Below, one piece after another: positions 10,512 through 20,850 of a stretch of DNA of 64,000 nt. This DNA comes from Nitrosopumilales archaeon (GTDB lineage: Archaea > Thermoproteota > Nitrososphaeria > Nitrososphaerales > Nitrososphaeraceae). Below the pieces are notes generated by a model, which was not told where the DNA came from, did no database searches, and was given only the letters and a program-made list of their open reading frames with translations. Positions within the stretch are counted from its first letter, which is position 1; each line of letters begins with the position of its first letter. The position numbers and the translations under genes are program-made. Location of the stretch: NCBI GenBank assembly GCA_044507735.1, contig JBIQJB010000008.1:8022-72021 (forward strand), in the 5' to 3' direction.

Positions 10512-10563
10512 TTATTGTAGCTTGCAGAAATCTACTGGATCGCAAAAAAATACAATTAGCAAC

Positions 10564-11226
10564 TCATTTTCCAAGTACAATTAAGGGAGCATCCAGTTTT
10601 GTATGCAGCTTCTCAACTATCTCTAGCCAGGTGACCTGGTCTGCGCCTTCGAATGATTTTATTTTCTCAATTATGTCCAGCAATTCGCTATTCTCTCGGA
10701 ATAAGACTTGAGACATGATATTCATGTTATTCTCTCCCATCACTATCTCGACAGAGATTACTTCCTTCTCGTTCAAGATCCTATTGCCAACATATCTTGA
10801 GGACCGCTTGCAGTTTGTAGAAGTAAGTAGTATCGCTTTTCTGAGCCCAAACTTTTCATATTTCAGAGAGTAGTTTGTAGTGAGGAACTCGCTTTCAAGC
10901 TTTTTACGCCGTCTCTGTACTGTTGTAACCGGAATGTCAAGCTCCTTCGACAATGCAAGTACCGATAATCTCTCCTTGGAATTTGCAAGTAGTTTTAGTA
11001 TCTTTATGTCAGATTGGCTCAATCCTTGAGGCAGATCTGGTATCGAGTTCTTCCTCAGGCTCACATCAGGATCTTTTGACATTTCACCGACAGTCTTTTG
11101 CGACTCTGATAACACAGCTTCCAAGACATTATCGGAAAATGTGTGCATCGATGAAGTCTCGTAAACTCCCAAGCGCATCAGCTCTTCCACAATTCTTTTC
11201 CGAGACATGGACATGCTAGATTTCAT
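10564..11226 (-). CDS. Lrp/AsnC-family transcriptional regulator with N-terminal extension
   Basis: SDIKILKLL...LSKELDIPVTTVQRRRKKLE. Confidence 0.85.
   Translation of the reverse strand: MKSSMSMSRKRIVEELMRLGVYETSSMHTFSDNVLEAVLSESQKTVGEMSKDPDVSLRKNSIPDLPQGLSQSDIKILKLLANSKERLSVLALSKELDIPVTTVQRRRKKLESEFLTTNYSLKYEKFGLRKAILLTSTNCKRSSRYVGNRILNEKEVISVEIVMGENNMNIMSQVLFRENSELLDIIEKIKSFEGADQVTWLEIVEKLHTKLDAPLIVLGK
10846..10899. repeat. 54-nt exact repeat, copy 2
   Basis: Identical to 9337-9390. Confidence 0.95.
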
Positions 11227-11471
11227 TTTCTTTTCACCACAGCACTTGACAAGAGAGCAAGGGATCCGGTTTCACTTGAATAAACGATAAGCGGGATGTC
11301 TATCAATACAAGATAATGGAAACATTCGTATAAAAGAAGGTCTGCCATATTCTGCTAATAACATGTCGATATTATTCGCATCATCTCCCTATAGTGATAA
11401 TCATTTTCAACGCAGCGGAGATGATATCGGATTCAGATTTTTTGCAGGAACATAGTATCTTCCTCCTATCC

Positions 11472-11654
11472 CTAGCGGCGCGCTCTTTTTGCTCGAATTC
11501 TGGTCAGATGGTTTGGCGGCATCGTCCGGAGGTTGCGCGTACTTGACAGGAGATTCTTGCTCTGATTTACTTCGGATTTTTCAATGTCGTAGCAGTAGCT
11601 ACACAGGTCATTGTACGACACATCTATTGATAAATGACAACGCGCACACAACAT
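11472..11654 (-). CDS. Putative small zinc-finger protein
   Basis: CARC-x11-CSYC. Confidence 0.45.
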   Translation of the reverse strand: MLCARCHLSIDVSYNDLCSYCYDIEKSEVNQSKNLLSSTRNLRTMPPNHLTRIRAKRARR

Positions 11655-12193
11655 GTTTCAATCACCTGGGATCAAATGTACCATCTTGTTGAGCAGTGTG
11701 GCGTCCCGTGAATGTTGTTTGCTTGTGACCGGTCCTGATTGCTAATCTTTCTGTCTGCAATCCGTATCAGCTAGCATGCTTGTAATCTACTATATCTGGC
11801 TTATACTCATAATCATGTATCATTTTAGATATTTGTTTTGCAAATGGTGGACTTGCAGAAAAGATACGCAGAAGATCCAAGACAAATCTGGATTTTGGTA
11901 GTACACGCGGTCAAGTTGGCTCCGCATTTTGGTCTTTCTTTCCCGGCCGACGCCAAGCACGGGGGATTTTCTGCCATCGAAAAGTGAGTGTTATAGAGAT
12001 AAAATAGCATTTATTTTCAATCAATATTCAGTTGCCAACAAGCGATTAGAAATCTTTGTAAGGCTTGGTCCAACCGTGTCGATAGTGCAGGCGGCGACCA
12101 ACCTGTCTGAGTTTCTCGAAGAACACTTTTCCATCAAAATTCATTAAGCACATGATGTTCAGATCCATCCAACCTGCAACGTCTCAGAATCCT

Positions 12194-12214
12194 GTGCAAC
12201 AACAGTTGTTGCAC
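12194..12214. promoter_or_regulatory. Perfect 21-bp inverted repeat (possible operator or hairpin)
   Basis: GTGCAACAAC-A-GTTGTTGCAC. Confidence 0.4.
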
Positions 12215-12397
12215 TTCTCCCTTCTATCTAGAGTATGAAAAGCAGATTAGCTTGCAATTGTTTTGCATCTTTTTCTTTTGTTATGAAACTGGCTTTGGTG
12301 GAAAACTTTCAGGTGTTGGCTTTAGCATGTGCTTCAGGCGACCATGGAAGAATTCGTCACAAATCTTTTATGCGATGAAGTATAAAATAGTAGAACT

Positions 12398-12538
12398 ATG
12401 AGTGCAACAATTCGCATGGCTTGCAGGTACAAGAACCATTGCGACAGATGCGGTGTTGACATGCCTCCGCAGCAGCACAGCTGGTGTACCAGCCAGCGTT
12501 GCTACTGCAGCGACGAATGTTACCTTGGCAAGAGATAG
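12398..12538 (+). CDS. TRASH/zf-FCS-like Cys-rich microprotein (46 aa)
   Basis: MSATIRMACRYKNHCDRCGVDMPPQQHSWCTSQRCYCSDECYLGKR; tataaaat upstream. Confidence 0.6.
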   Translation: MSATIRMACRYKNHCDRCGVDMPPQQHSWCTSQRCYCSDECYLGKR

Positions 12539-12640
12539 TTTTTTTGAACGGTCCGTCTGCTCATCCTTTCTATTTTGAGGACCGCAGATTCTTTTTCGTC
12601 TGAATGTTCTGAGTATATCTCTATCTGTAGCTGTGGTGCT

Positions 12641-13021
12641 TTATTCCAGCCTCGATCGGCGCTTCATTTGCTCTGCACAAATTGCAAATCCAACATGCAG
12701 GCAGTCGTCTGTCTTGCATTCATTGCAGAAGGGCACTCCGTCGGCAATTCTAACGACAACATCTTTTTCCAGTATGTTGTCATGTAGTAGAACCATCTTG
12801 TCCTGGTGAAATACTTTCAAGGTAAGGGGAACAGTTGATGAATTTCTGTTCTCTCCTTCATTTAGCCAAAGCCCAAACGCAATAATTCCTTCATCGGCAT
12901 TGTTGTTGCGAGCTATCAAAGCACTTCTAGACTTTAACAATGCTCGTTGCCTCGAAGTTCCTATGATTGACATTCCAGCAACATCACCAGACGATGTTGC
13001 CCGGGGTCGGATGTTAAACAT
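12641..13021 (-). CDS. Hypothetical protein with C-terminal CxxCxxxxCxH zinc motif; true start probably downstream
   Basis: LLHDNILEKDVVVRIADGVPFCNECKTDDCLHVGFA. Confidence 0.6.
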   Translation of the reverse strand: MFNIRPRATSSGDVAGMSIIGTSRQRALLKSRSALIARNNNADEGIIAFGLWLNEGENRNSSTVPLTLKVFHQDKMVLLHDNILEKDVVVRIADGVPFCNECKTDDCLHVGFAICAEQMKRRSRLE

Positions 13022-13658
13022 GGTGTGAGATTATCCTAACCTCTAGGTGAGCTCTAGCTCGATTAACTAATTAACCTATGGCATGTGCAAATTCTATTAC
13101 CTTATATTGGCCGCATTGAAGAAGGAAGATTCTAGCTAGGATTTTTTGAAAAATTTCTCTAGATCTTCTTCTATGCTATATTATGAAGGTGTCAGTCTTA
13201 CAGACTTCGGCAATCAACGAGTGACCTTAAATATGATTACTCATTTTGTGGTGGCCCCATAGCCCGACAATTGGCTGATCAATGATATTGACAGGCACGT
13301 GCAGCTTGCAATATAGCTGCCATTTACTCTACACCTTGCAAAGCTAATCCCGGCATAGTGCCAGCGAGAATGTTGACCTCGCTAGCCTTTGTCTTTGCCA
13401 TAACCATCTCTTGTCGACCATTGCTCTGGGTCGGCAAGCTTTCTTGACGACGATTTTTTCCGTGTGGAGAGGCAGATTGCAACAGGAAGAAGCATGTGTG
13501 GAAGTGCCTAGAGTAATTCGTAATTCTTGCCATACTTGCAGACGGAAGCGCAGGCATGATGCGGTTATGCCACTTATGGCATGAGAGGGTGTGGCCGAGT
13601 TATCGAAGCCCAGTAATCACATACCACTTGTTAACATGTCAAAAAAAGGAGAAATGTA

Positions 13659-14234
13659 TTGCGACGTAGCTTTGTCATGCTGGTTGCTGGAGGCGGGCTA
13701 TTGGTTGCCGGGTTTGTCATCATGATTGCCACCGCAGTTTCCCTCATGCAGGTCGGCGCACAAAATGCGTTCTTTGAGGCGTTGGTGGATGTAAGACCAA
13801 ATGGACAGGAGTCATTCAAGTTTGATATACGCAATGCCAGTCAACCATTCTATATCACTGCATCCAGAACGGATGAAAATCAGCTCATTCCTCCAGCAGT
13901 GGTGGTTGAAGGTCAGATAGTGGACCCTGAAGGTGCAACGATACTAACCGATCCAGACATTATTCAGGGAATAGCAAGGGTGGAGCCGACTGTAGCCGGC
14001 ACATACACCCTTTATCTCACAAACACTCACAGAGACGAGGGAGTTCGACTGTATATTGCACTTACAAGTGGCTTCTTTCCAACAACCCAAACAGAGACGC
14101 TAGCGATTGTTGGCTGGGCGACAGCTGGCCTGTTCGTCATGATAGCAGGTGCACTTGTTTCAGCTGTTGGGGCTGTGCTGTTCTTTACCGAACGGAGGAG
14201 GTCGAAAAACCAGGGCACTTCATTTTTGACCTAA
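13659..14234 (+). CDS. Two-TM membrane protein with GOLD-like beta domain
   Basis: N- and C-terminal TM helices; IVDPEG...AGTYTLYLTN. Confidence 0.75.
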   Translation: MRRSFVMLVAGGGLLVAGFVIMIATAVSLMQVGAQNAFFEALVDVRPNGQESFKFDIRNASQPFYITASRTDENQLIPPAVVVEGQIVDPEGATILTDPDIIQGIARVEPTVAGTYTLYLTNTHRDEGVRLYIALTSGFFPTTQTETLAIVGWATAGLFVMIAGALVSAVGAVLFFTERRRSKNQGTSFLT

Positions 14235-14616
14235 TGTGCTAGCCCACATCTGGTTAGAGTCACGTAGTGGGAATATGTACAAGTTACTCTGGCGAGAGTT
14301 ATGACTGATGGCTAGTTAACTCGTCCTCCAAAACTGCCCTACGCTCGCCGGCTGCGATATCAAGACCGGAATTTTAACTTGATGAGCTCAAAAGACAAGA
14401 AATAGCATGCTCGAGAATAACGGCATCTAGAATAGATATTTTGGAAGCGTCCAACAAAATGCGAAAGGCGCAAGAATGATCGACCATTCTCCCAACCACA
14501 TATGCATTTGCTGAAGGCGACGCTTGCTGATCTAGTAGATCAATGCATTGTTGCAGCAAGAAAAATACTTCAATGAACTATGGGAATTCTGGTTTTTAAG
14601 AATCTTGAGCTTTAAG

Positions 14617-15579
14617 TTACAGGACTTCCCTTGAATTATTGATAATCCATCTGGCTGCCTCAAGCTGACTCTGACTGTGATTCAAATGACCGTTATCCAG
14701 TTCCACGGTGCCCCTGACCAGTCTTTTCAAATCATGGACGCTTTGCAGCACCTGTCTTATCGGAATCTCACCCTGTCCAAGCTTCAATCCTTCTCCAGTG
14801 GGATCAAACCCTTTTGCGTCGCTGATGTGCAGCTGCACCAGGCTATTTGATAGAATACCCATGCACTCCTCCCAGCTCGGAGGCTGGCCATGAATCTCTC
14901 TGTCCAAATCCCCTAGCTGGTTTCCGCTGCCATTCCTTACATAATTTGCATACAGCTGGTAGTGTGACAGATCCAGGACGCTCTTGATTCCATGTTCTTG
15001 GAGGCCTGCAATATCTAATGGATGGTATGGGCCAGCTGTCGCAAACCCAGGATAGTATTTTGGGTAACTATTCTCTAGCGCCATTACAATCCCTTTCCTC
15101 CCGCCAAGACCTTCCCTTTCATAGAACTGGAGAAACGCCTCTTCTGACCTTGATTGAAGCTTTAGCTTCTCTTCTTTTGTTATCGGCAGGGCAGCTCTTG
15201 AAACATAGTAAGTTAGGTGAAATACAATCACTGCATCCTCTCTGATACCTGATCTGCTGCATACCGTTTCAGCTTCCTCGACAGTCTGAAGAATAGAACC
15301 TTCAATCATCCTTCTTCGCCTTTCACCCAAATTGTCCCCTTCGGGTTCAAAAATTGGGGCATGATACGTCAGGTATTCGATTTCGTTCTTTGAGCAAAAA
15401 TTAGCAATCATCTCGACCCGCTCACCAAGCGTGGTATTCCCCATTACACTGGCAACCTGCTGGATCTCGTGGCCCCTTATCTTGTATCCATGCTGGCGCT
15501 GTATTGTATCGATTATGTTGGAGATGTCCTCAAGGTCGGCTTTCCTCTGAGTTGATTTTAGCTGAAGAACAATGGTCAT
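14617..15579 (-). CDS. Xylose isomerase-like/AP endonuclease 2 TIM-barrel protein
   Basis: YHAP, ALEN, LDLSH, LHISDAKG..GEGLKLGQGEIP, VELD metal-site motifs. Confidence 0.8.
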   Translation of the reverse strand: MTIVLQLKSTQRKADLEDISNIIDTIQRQHGYKIRGHEIQQVASVMGNTTLGERVEMIANFCSKNEIEYLTYHAPIFEPEGDNLGERRRRMIEGSILQTVEEAETVCSRSGIREDAVIVFHLTYYVSRAALPITKEEKLKLQSRSEEAFLQFYEREGLGGRKGIVMALENSYPKYYPGFATAGPYHPLDIAGLQEHGIKSVLDLSHYQLYANYVRNGSGNQLGDLDREIHGQPPSWEECMGILSNSLVQLHISDAKGFDPTGEGLKLGQGEIPIRQVLQSVHDLKRLVRGTVELDNGHLNHSQSQLEAARWIINNSREVL

Positions 15580-15763
15580 TGGTGTGTACTCGTCTTTTGG
15601 GACAAGAGTTCATTCACAAGACCAGAATTTATTATTACTGCAACAGGTTTGAGGCTGTGCAAGGCTTTCTCCCACTCTTCTTTCCTTCATGTCGCTCTCC
15701 GCCAATCAAGAATCCTGCCTCGATTACGAAAATAATCATTGTACCTTGGCGCTATCGCATGTT

Positions 15764-17122
15764 CTATGTTCGCTGCCGCAGCCTCTGCAGCGGAGCGAAC
15801 ATGAATAGCGCGATCAGCATTGCTGACAGGAACCACGCAATTGGATATCCTCCTGCCGATTTGACCGCAAGCGAAAACACGGGCGGCATCCACAGTATCC
15901 CAACAAGCGACATGCCATTTATCCAGGCGACGTTTAGCGCGGCATCCTTGGATATCTTGTTGTCATGCTTTTCAGGCTGCAGTTCCAAATTGTTGACGGT
16001 AGTAGTGGGAGTGGCATCCTTGACTCCGGTTGTTACTGTTCTTATTATTCGCGCTTTGGCGTAGGCAACGGTAAACGCGCCGCCTGCAAAGAATCCAATC
16101 GCAATAACAGCAGCGATTATGACTGGCAGGATTGGAATAGATGTTGCGACAAGAGAGGCGGTTATGCCTATGCCACATACCAGCAGAATCTTTGTTGTGT
16201 CCTTGATTGCCCTGTCATAAAACCGACCAAACAACGGTGCGGATACGATGGCAGATATCAATGCAATACTTGCAATTACCCCTGTGTTTTCAAGTGCGAC
16301 ATTGAGGCTCTGGAGGTATACCACAATAAAGGTCAGCATGAGGGCCCATGCAGCCTGAACACCAGTCAGGATAAGGCCAAGCGCAACCAGTGGGGGGTTT
16401 GACAATATCCTCCAGATTTCGGAGGTGTTTAGCCACCTTCTGCTGCTACTGCCAGCTCGATCTGGCGCTTCCCGGGAATTGTCTTTACTTTCAGCCACAT
16501 CAGCAGCTGCTGCCGATACTTCCTGCTCCCTAGGTATGGCTACAACCATCAGGATGGCTGTAGCTATGCCAATTGCCCCGCTCAGTATGAGGCTTGGCCT
16601 CCACCCGACCAGCTGCGCTATGACAATCCAGGCGAATATCCCTATTATTCCTCCAACTGAATGTGCCGAGTTCATGAGGCCGATTGAAAAACCAGAAGAC
16701 CTTGGGCCGGCGTGCCTAGCAATGAGTACAATGCCAGAACTGAAAAAGAAGGCCATGCCCACGCCTACAATGAATCGCAGCCAGACCAGCTGAGAAGCCT
16801 CTGTGGTAAAGCCATAGAGAAGGGCTGCGGTGGATGACAGCGCTATCCCAAATACCGCCGACGTTCGGGGAGAATACTTGGCGGCAAATATTCCTGCAGG
16901 GACTTGAAATATCCCCACCCCTGCGAAAAAGGCCGCGGATATTGAGCCTAAAAGAGCAATATCCTGGTTAAAGTCAAGCGCAATGAGTGGAAATATGGCT
17001 GCAACATTGAACCAGTTTACAGCATAGAAAATCCTAGCAATAATGATGGAAAGAGATGCTGGAACGTCGGTTGACAGAAATCGGTTAGCACCCTCCTTCA
17101 TTTTTGCCGCCTGACTTTGCAT
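15764..17122 (-). CDS. Major facilitator superfamily transporter
   Basis: About 12 TM helices; FQVPAGIFAAKYSPR, LRFIVGVG; start set at MQSQ (ORF track 17215). Confidence 0.9.
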   Translation of the reverse strand: MQSQAAKMKEGANRFLSTDVPASLSIIIARIFYAVNWFNVAAIFPLIALDFNQDIALLGSISAAFFAGVGIFQVPAGIFAAKYSPRTSAVFGIALSSTAALLYGFTTEASQLVWLRFIVGVGMAFFFSSGIVLIARHAGPRSSGFSIGLMNSAHSVGGIIGIFAWIVIAQLVGWRPSLILSGAIGIATAILMVVAIPREQEVSAAAADVAESKDNSREAPDRAGSSSRRWLNTSEIWRILSNPPLVALGLILTGVQAAWALMLTFIVVYLQSLNVALENTGVIASIALISAIVSAPLFGRFYDRAIKDTTKILLVCGIGITASLVATSIPILPVIIAAVIAIGFFAGGAFTVAYAKARIIRTVTTGVKDATPTTTVNNLELQPEKHDNKISKDAALNVAWINGMSLVGILWMPPVFSLAVKSAGGYPIAWFLSAMLIALFMFAPLQRLRQRT

Positions 17123-17541
17123 TGCAAGATTATTAGTAGTATGTATACAGTGTGAGCCGCTGTTTTTGAGTTGCGATGGCTTCTTGATCAGCCACGCCCC
17201 ATTTGCTTTTTGCAAAACAGCACAAGATATGGTAGTAGTAGCTCCGGCCTGTATTTGCTTGAATTTTGAACATCACTTCATTATTCCAGACATCAGTGGT
17301 GTTAGATCCAGGCGCAGCTGTCAACCTTACTGAACATTCAAAACAAGCTCTTCAGGGCAGCTGACGCTGTTGCAGGGCAGGCAACAACAGCACCACCTTG
17401 GCCACCACTAACACCCATCGAACGTGGCGGGAGCGATGAAAAACTGTGCCCGGAAAATTATTATCATTTTTTCTCTCTCCAGAGACCCAAGGCCGCTAGT
17501 TAGCTGGTCTCTCCTCTCTGCCATTCTTCTCCAGCCTGCAG

Positions 17542-17706
17542 CTATCGCAGGAATAGCTCTGCAGTGGCACAGTCGGCATGATACTGGATGTCGGATACAA
17601 ACCCACAGCCAAGACATTGCATCCTGTAGCTCTGGCTGTAAAGCCCACACATCTCTTTGCCCGGCTGCAGGTCAGAGCCGCACTTTTTGCATATGGTTTC
17701 AGGCAT
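17542..17706 (-). CDS. Zinc-finger microprotein (54 aa)
   Basis: MPETICKKCGSDLQPGKEMCGLYSQSYRMQCLGCGFVSDIQYHADCATAELFLR; not in ORF track. Confidence 0.65.
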   Translation of the reverse strand: MPETICKKCGSDLQPGKEMCGLYSQSYRMQCLGCGFVSDIQYHADCATAELFLR

Positions 17707-17929
17707 CTTTTGGGACTTTCGCGGGTATTTGTTAAAAGACTTGCGGAACCCACTTACGTTGTGTCCTGGAAGAACTGGCGCTCAGTAATCACAATCAAGG
17801 TAATAATAGCAAGTCAAAGTGTCATCCGATAAATATCATATTTTCCAATCCACAGTGCAGTGCTGAGGTCTTGGATCTGTTTTAGACGCGCAGTACTTAC
17901 TCGCTTGCAACCAGGAGGTCGATAAAAGC

Positions 17930-18418
17930 ATGCAAAGGGCTCGTTCAGCAAATACTGCAGGGATCAGCATCGTAGCATTCATCATAGCTGTCGTAATCAG
18001 CCTAGCTTACTACCAGTTTTTCTATATCCCAGAAGCAAACAGAAGGCCAACCGTCCCGCAAGAGGTACTTGAGCCGGCAGATACAACCAAGGTCTCGATT
18101 GCACCAGGCTCATCTAATGAAAACAACGGGCGATTTTTTGTCCCGCCAGACGAGCGCGCTACATTGGAGATTAACAACAAGGTTGTATGGACAAATGAAG
18201 ACTCGGTGGCTCACACAGTGACTTCAGACACTGATTACGAAGACCCGTACAGCGGCGTGTTCGACTCTCAAGCCAGATCGCAAGAGGAAGGGGGGCCGTT
18301 TGTAATGCCCGGCCAGACATTCGAGTTTCTATTCACGCAGCCTGGCACATACCAGTATCACTGCGTGCCACATCCATGGATGCAAGGTCAAATCGAAGTG
18401 GTAGAGAACTTTGCATAA
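17930..18418 (+). CDS. Membrane-anchored blue (type 1) copper protein, plastocyanin/azurin family
   Basis: WTNEDSVAHTVTS and YHCVPHPWMQG; N-terminal TM. Confidence 0.92.
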   Translation: MQRARSANTAGISIVAFIIAVVISLAYYQFFYIPEANRRPTVPQEVLEPADTTKVSIAPGSSNENNGRFFVPPDERATLEINNKVVWTNEDSVAHTVTSDTDYEDPYSGVFDSQARSQEEGGPFVMPGQTFEFLFTQPGTYQYHCVPHPWMQGQIEVVENFA

Positions 18419-18477
18419 GGTTATAGAGGAATGCCACTTTTCTTTGGTGCTTAACCACCAGCCATCGAGGCATAGCA

Positions 18478-18948
18478 CTATGCTGCATTAGAATCCCCTT
18501 TGTCATCGGCGGGAGGCTTGATCCTCCTCAACGGTAGTTTGCGCATCAGCATCTCCATAGTTACAAGACCTATCATTTCCCCACTCTTTGTTACAACCGG
18601 CAAGCGGTTGAATCGCTTTTCTTTCATTATTTCTAATGCGTCTGTCATTGGCGAACCGGCCTCAATCACAGTCACAGGAGAGCTCATTATCCGGCTCAGT
18701 GTAATCTTGAATGGGCCTTTGTTTTGCGCAACAACGCGAAAGATGATATCTCGCTCAGTCACAATGCCTGCAGGAACCCTAAGCCCGGTCTCCGGGTCAT
18801 TCCTGGTAACAACAATACTGCAGCCCTCTCTTTCATAGAGCGTCTTTGCAGCTTCAGCTACCAGAGTATTCTCGTCCAAGCTTATGAATGACTCGTCAGC
18901 TATGTCATCCACTGTCGGCTCTTCTTCTATTGGTTTGCCGTTGGCCAT
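18478..18948 (-). CDS. CBS-domain pair protein
   Basis: [19 protein letters not shown]...GLVT. Confidence 0.9.
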   Translation of the reverse strand: MANGKPIEEEPTVDDIADESFISLDENTLVAEAAKTLYEREGCSIVVTRNDPETGLRVPAGIVTERDIIFRVVAQNKGPFKITLSRIMSSPVTVIEAGSPMTDALEIMKEKRFNRLPVVTKSGEMIGLVTMEMLMRKLPLRRIKPPADDKGDSNAA

Positions 18949-19264
18949 TGAGCACTCTTTAGTACAGGTACGAAATACGATATCAAACTATGCAGTAGTA
19001 GCACATAGTGTGCATCCATGCCACAAAGAGTCATTTGCTGGACACAAGTCCGGTGGTCGATCTTTTCATCACTTTCCTACACGCCGCGCGTTCAAAAGCT
19101 TGCCTGCGCGCATCGCAAGAGCGCGAATGAGAAGCAGCAAGACGGTATTGCAGGCATATACTATCGAAGCAAAGATGGCTGCAAACAAGTGGTGGCAATA
19201 CCCTGTCTGCAATACTAGAAAACTACATTTACTGGCATGCCTATCCCGCAGTCAGAACAAGAGT

Positions 19265-20071
19265 TTGTCGGACGCAAAGCTCTGGGTATTTCTGGGAATT
19301 GGCCTGGTGTTTACCGCGTTGCTTTCTTCTTACCCGGATGTCTTGATTCAAGATGATAATGATAGCAATAGCCTACCGGATCTTGGCGGACGGACTATCA
19401 CCGTTGCAACAGAAAATGCGTACATACCGTTCAGCTTCATAGACTCCTCTGGTCGCCCGGTGGGTTGGGACTATGATGCTTTGAGTGAGATTTGCGAGAG
19501 GCTCAACTGCACACCCGAATTTGTGCAGATAGAGTGGGACGGTATGCTAGAAGCAGTCGCAAGTGGCAAGTACGATATGGCCGCCGATGGCATTACCATA
19601 AACGCCGAGCGGGCCAAGCTGGTTGACTTTTCACAAGGGTATATCACCTTGCAGCAGGTGCTGCTCGTCAGGACTGGCGAAGATCGCTTTGCGGGTGCGC
19701 AAGATTTCGCTGCGGATGCTCGCCTGAAGGTAGGTGTCGTGCCGGAAACGACCAACTATGAAGTTGCAGTAGGCCTTGTAGGGAAAGACAGGATTGCCGC
19801 ATATGCATTGTTCCGTCAGGCGGTAGACGCGCTTGTTGCCGGCGAGGTGGATGCGGTAGTGATGGACGATGTGGCTGGCAGGGGTTACATAGGAGCGAAT
19901 GCAGACAGGGTCCGGATCATCGATGATGAGCCTCTCACAGAAAAAGAGGAACTCGGGTTTGTCTTTGCCAAAGGATCAGACCTTGTGAAGCCATTTAACG
20001 CTGCGCTAGATAGCATGCGCGCTGATGGCACTCTTGCAGCCATCAATGAAAAATGGTTCCATAACAACTAG
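19265..20071 (+). CDS. Polar amino-acid ABC transporter substrate-binding protein (SBP family 3), membrane anchored
   Basis: [44 protein letters not shown]; TTG start 19265 (ORF track extends to 18884). Confidence 0.9.
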   Translation: MSDAKLWVFLGIGLVFTALLSSYPDVLIQDDNDSNSLPDLGGRTITVATENAYIPFSFIDSSGRPVGWDYDALSEICERLNCTPEFVQIEWDGMLEAVASGKYDMAADGITINAERAKLVDFSQGYITLQQVLLVRTGEDRFAGAQDFAADARLKVGVVPETTNYEVAVGLVGKDRIAAYALFRQAVDALVAGEVDAVVMDDVAGRGYIGANADRVRIIDDEPLTEKEELGFVFAKGSDLVKPFNAALDSMRADGTLAAINEKWFHNN

Positions 20072-20133
20072 CCAGCGAAAATATAAAGAGTCAGAAAGCA
20101 ACCACGCAGGCAGAAGCGAATCCTCTTGCCATA

Positions 20134-20844
20134 TCACAAGGCGTCGTCTTTGAGGTTGAGCGCGATGCCGTTTGACAGCTTGGGCATAAACAGGACCGCA
20201 TCATGATTCTTTAACACATCTTCCATCCACTGCTTGTCCATATGAGCATCAATGTCGTCCAGCTGATACGGACACAACCACACGCCTGAAAATGTGCCAA
20301 CCATTTCATCATTGAGAAAGCGCTCTATTTGTGGCTGGATTGTTGAAGCTGCTGTCCTCTTTTGTGGACCACTGTTGCTATTACTGCCTCCTTCAGGAAG
20401 CGAACGCGGAATTGCAAGGCCGACCCCCCTGATAGGCGGGGGCATCAGCGGATGCTGCTGCTGTTTTTGCTGCTGCTGTCGTTGCTGCTTATGATCATTG
20501 TAACGGTTGAAGAATTTCTCTGTCGTCTCTTCATGGATCATCCTGATAGAATGCTTGAACGATTCCAGATCCGGTGCGAACTTTTTGACACAGAGATGCA
20601 ACAACCCTCTTTTGTCATACTCATCAACATCTATACCATATGCGATCATTTCCCTGCGAGTGAAGAGCAGATCCTGCTCGTCGTGGACAACATAGATGCA
20701 GCATTCTCCCCTCTCCAGACCATCATCTATGAATCTCATCTGAACCAGCTTGGCATACTCGGGTTCCTCGTAAAACATGACCAGGTGTCTGTGGACGGTT
20801 GTGTCAAGGTTGTCTATGAAGTCAAGAAGCTGGTTGTACGCCAT
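20134..20844 (-). CDS. MEDS (DcmR-like sensory) domain protein
   Basis: HLVMFYEE, FIDDGLERGECCIYV, LCPY, LKNHDAV; poly-Q insert. Confidence 0.8.
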   Translation of the reverse strand: MAYNQLLDFIDNLDTTVHRHLVMFYEEPEYAKLVQMRFIDDGLERGECCIYVVHDEQDLLFTRREMIAYGIDVDEYDKRGLLHLCVKKFAPDLESFKHSIRMIHEETTEKFFNRYNDHKQQRQQQQKQQQHPLMPPPIRGVGLAIPRSLPEGGSNSNSGPQKRTAASTIQPQIERFLNDEMVGTFSGVWLCPYQLDDIDAHMDKQWMEDVLKNHDAVLFMPKLSNGIALNLKDDAL

Positions 20845-20850
20845 CTGCCC

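Noticed and set aside
18884-19264. Long N-terminal extension of the SBP ORF
   Set aside because: Overlaps the CBS gene on the opposite strand and is not protein-like; TTG 19265 gives a normal anchor
20440-20490. CAG-type microsatellite
   Set aside because: In-frame poly-Gln low-complexity tract, one of many in this window
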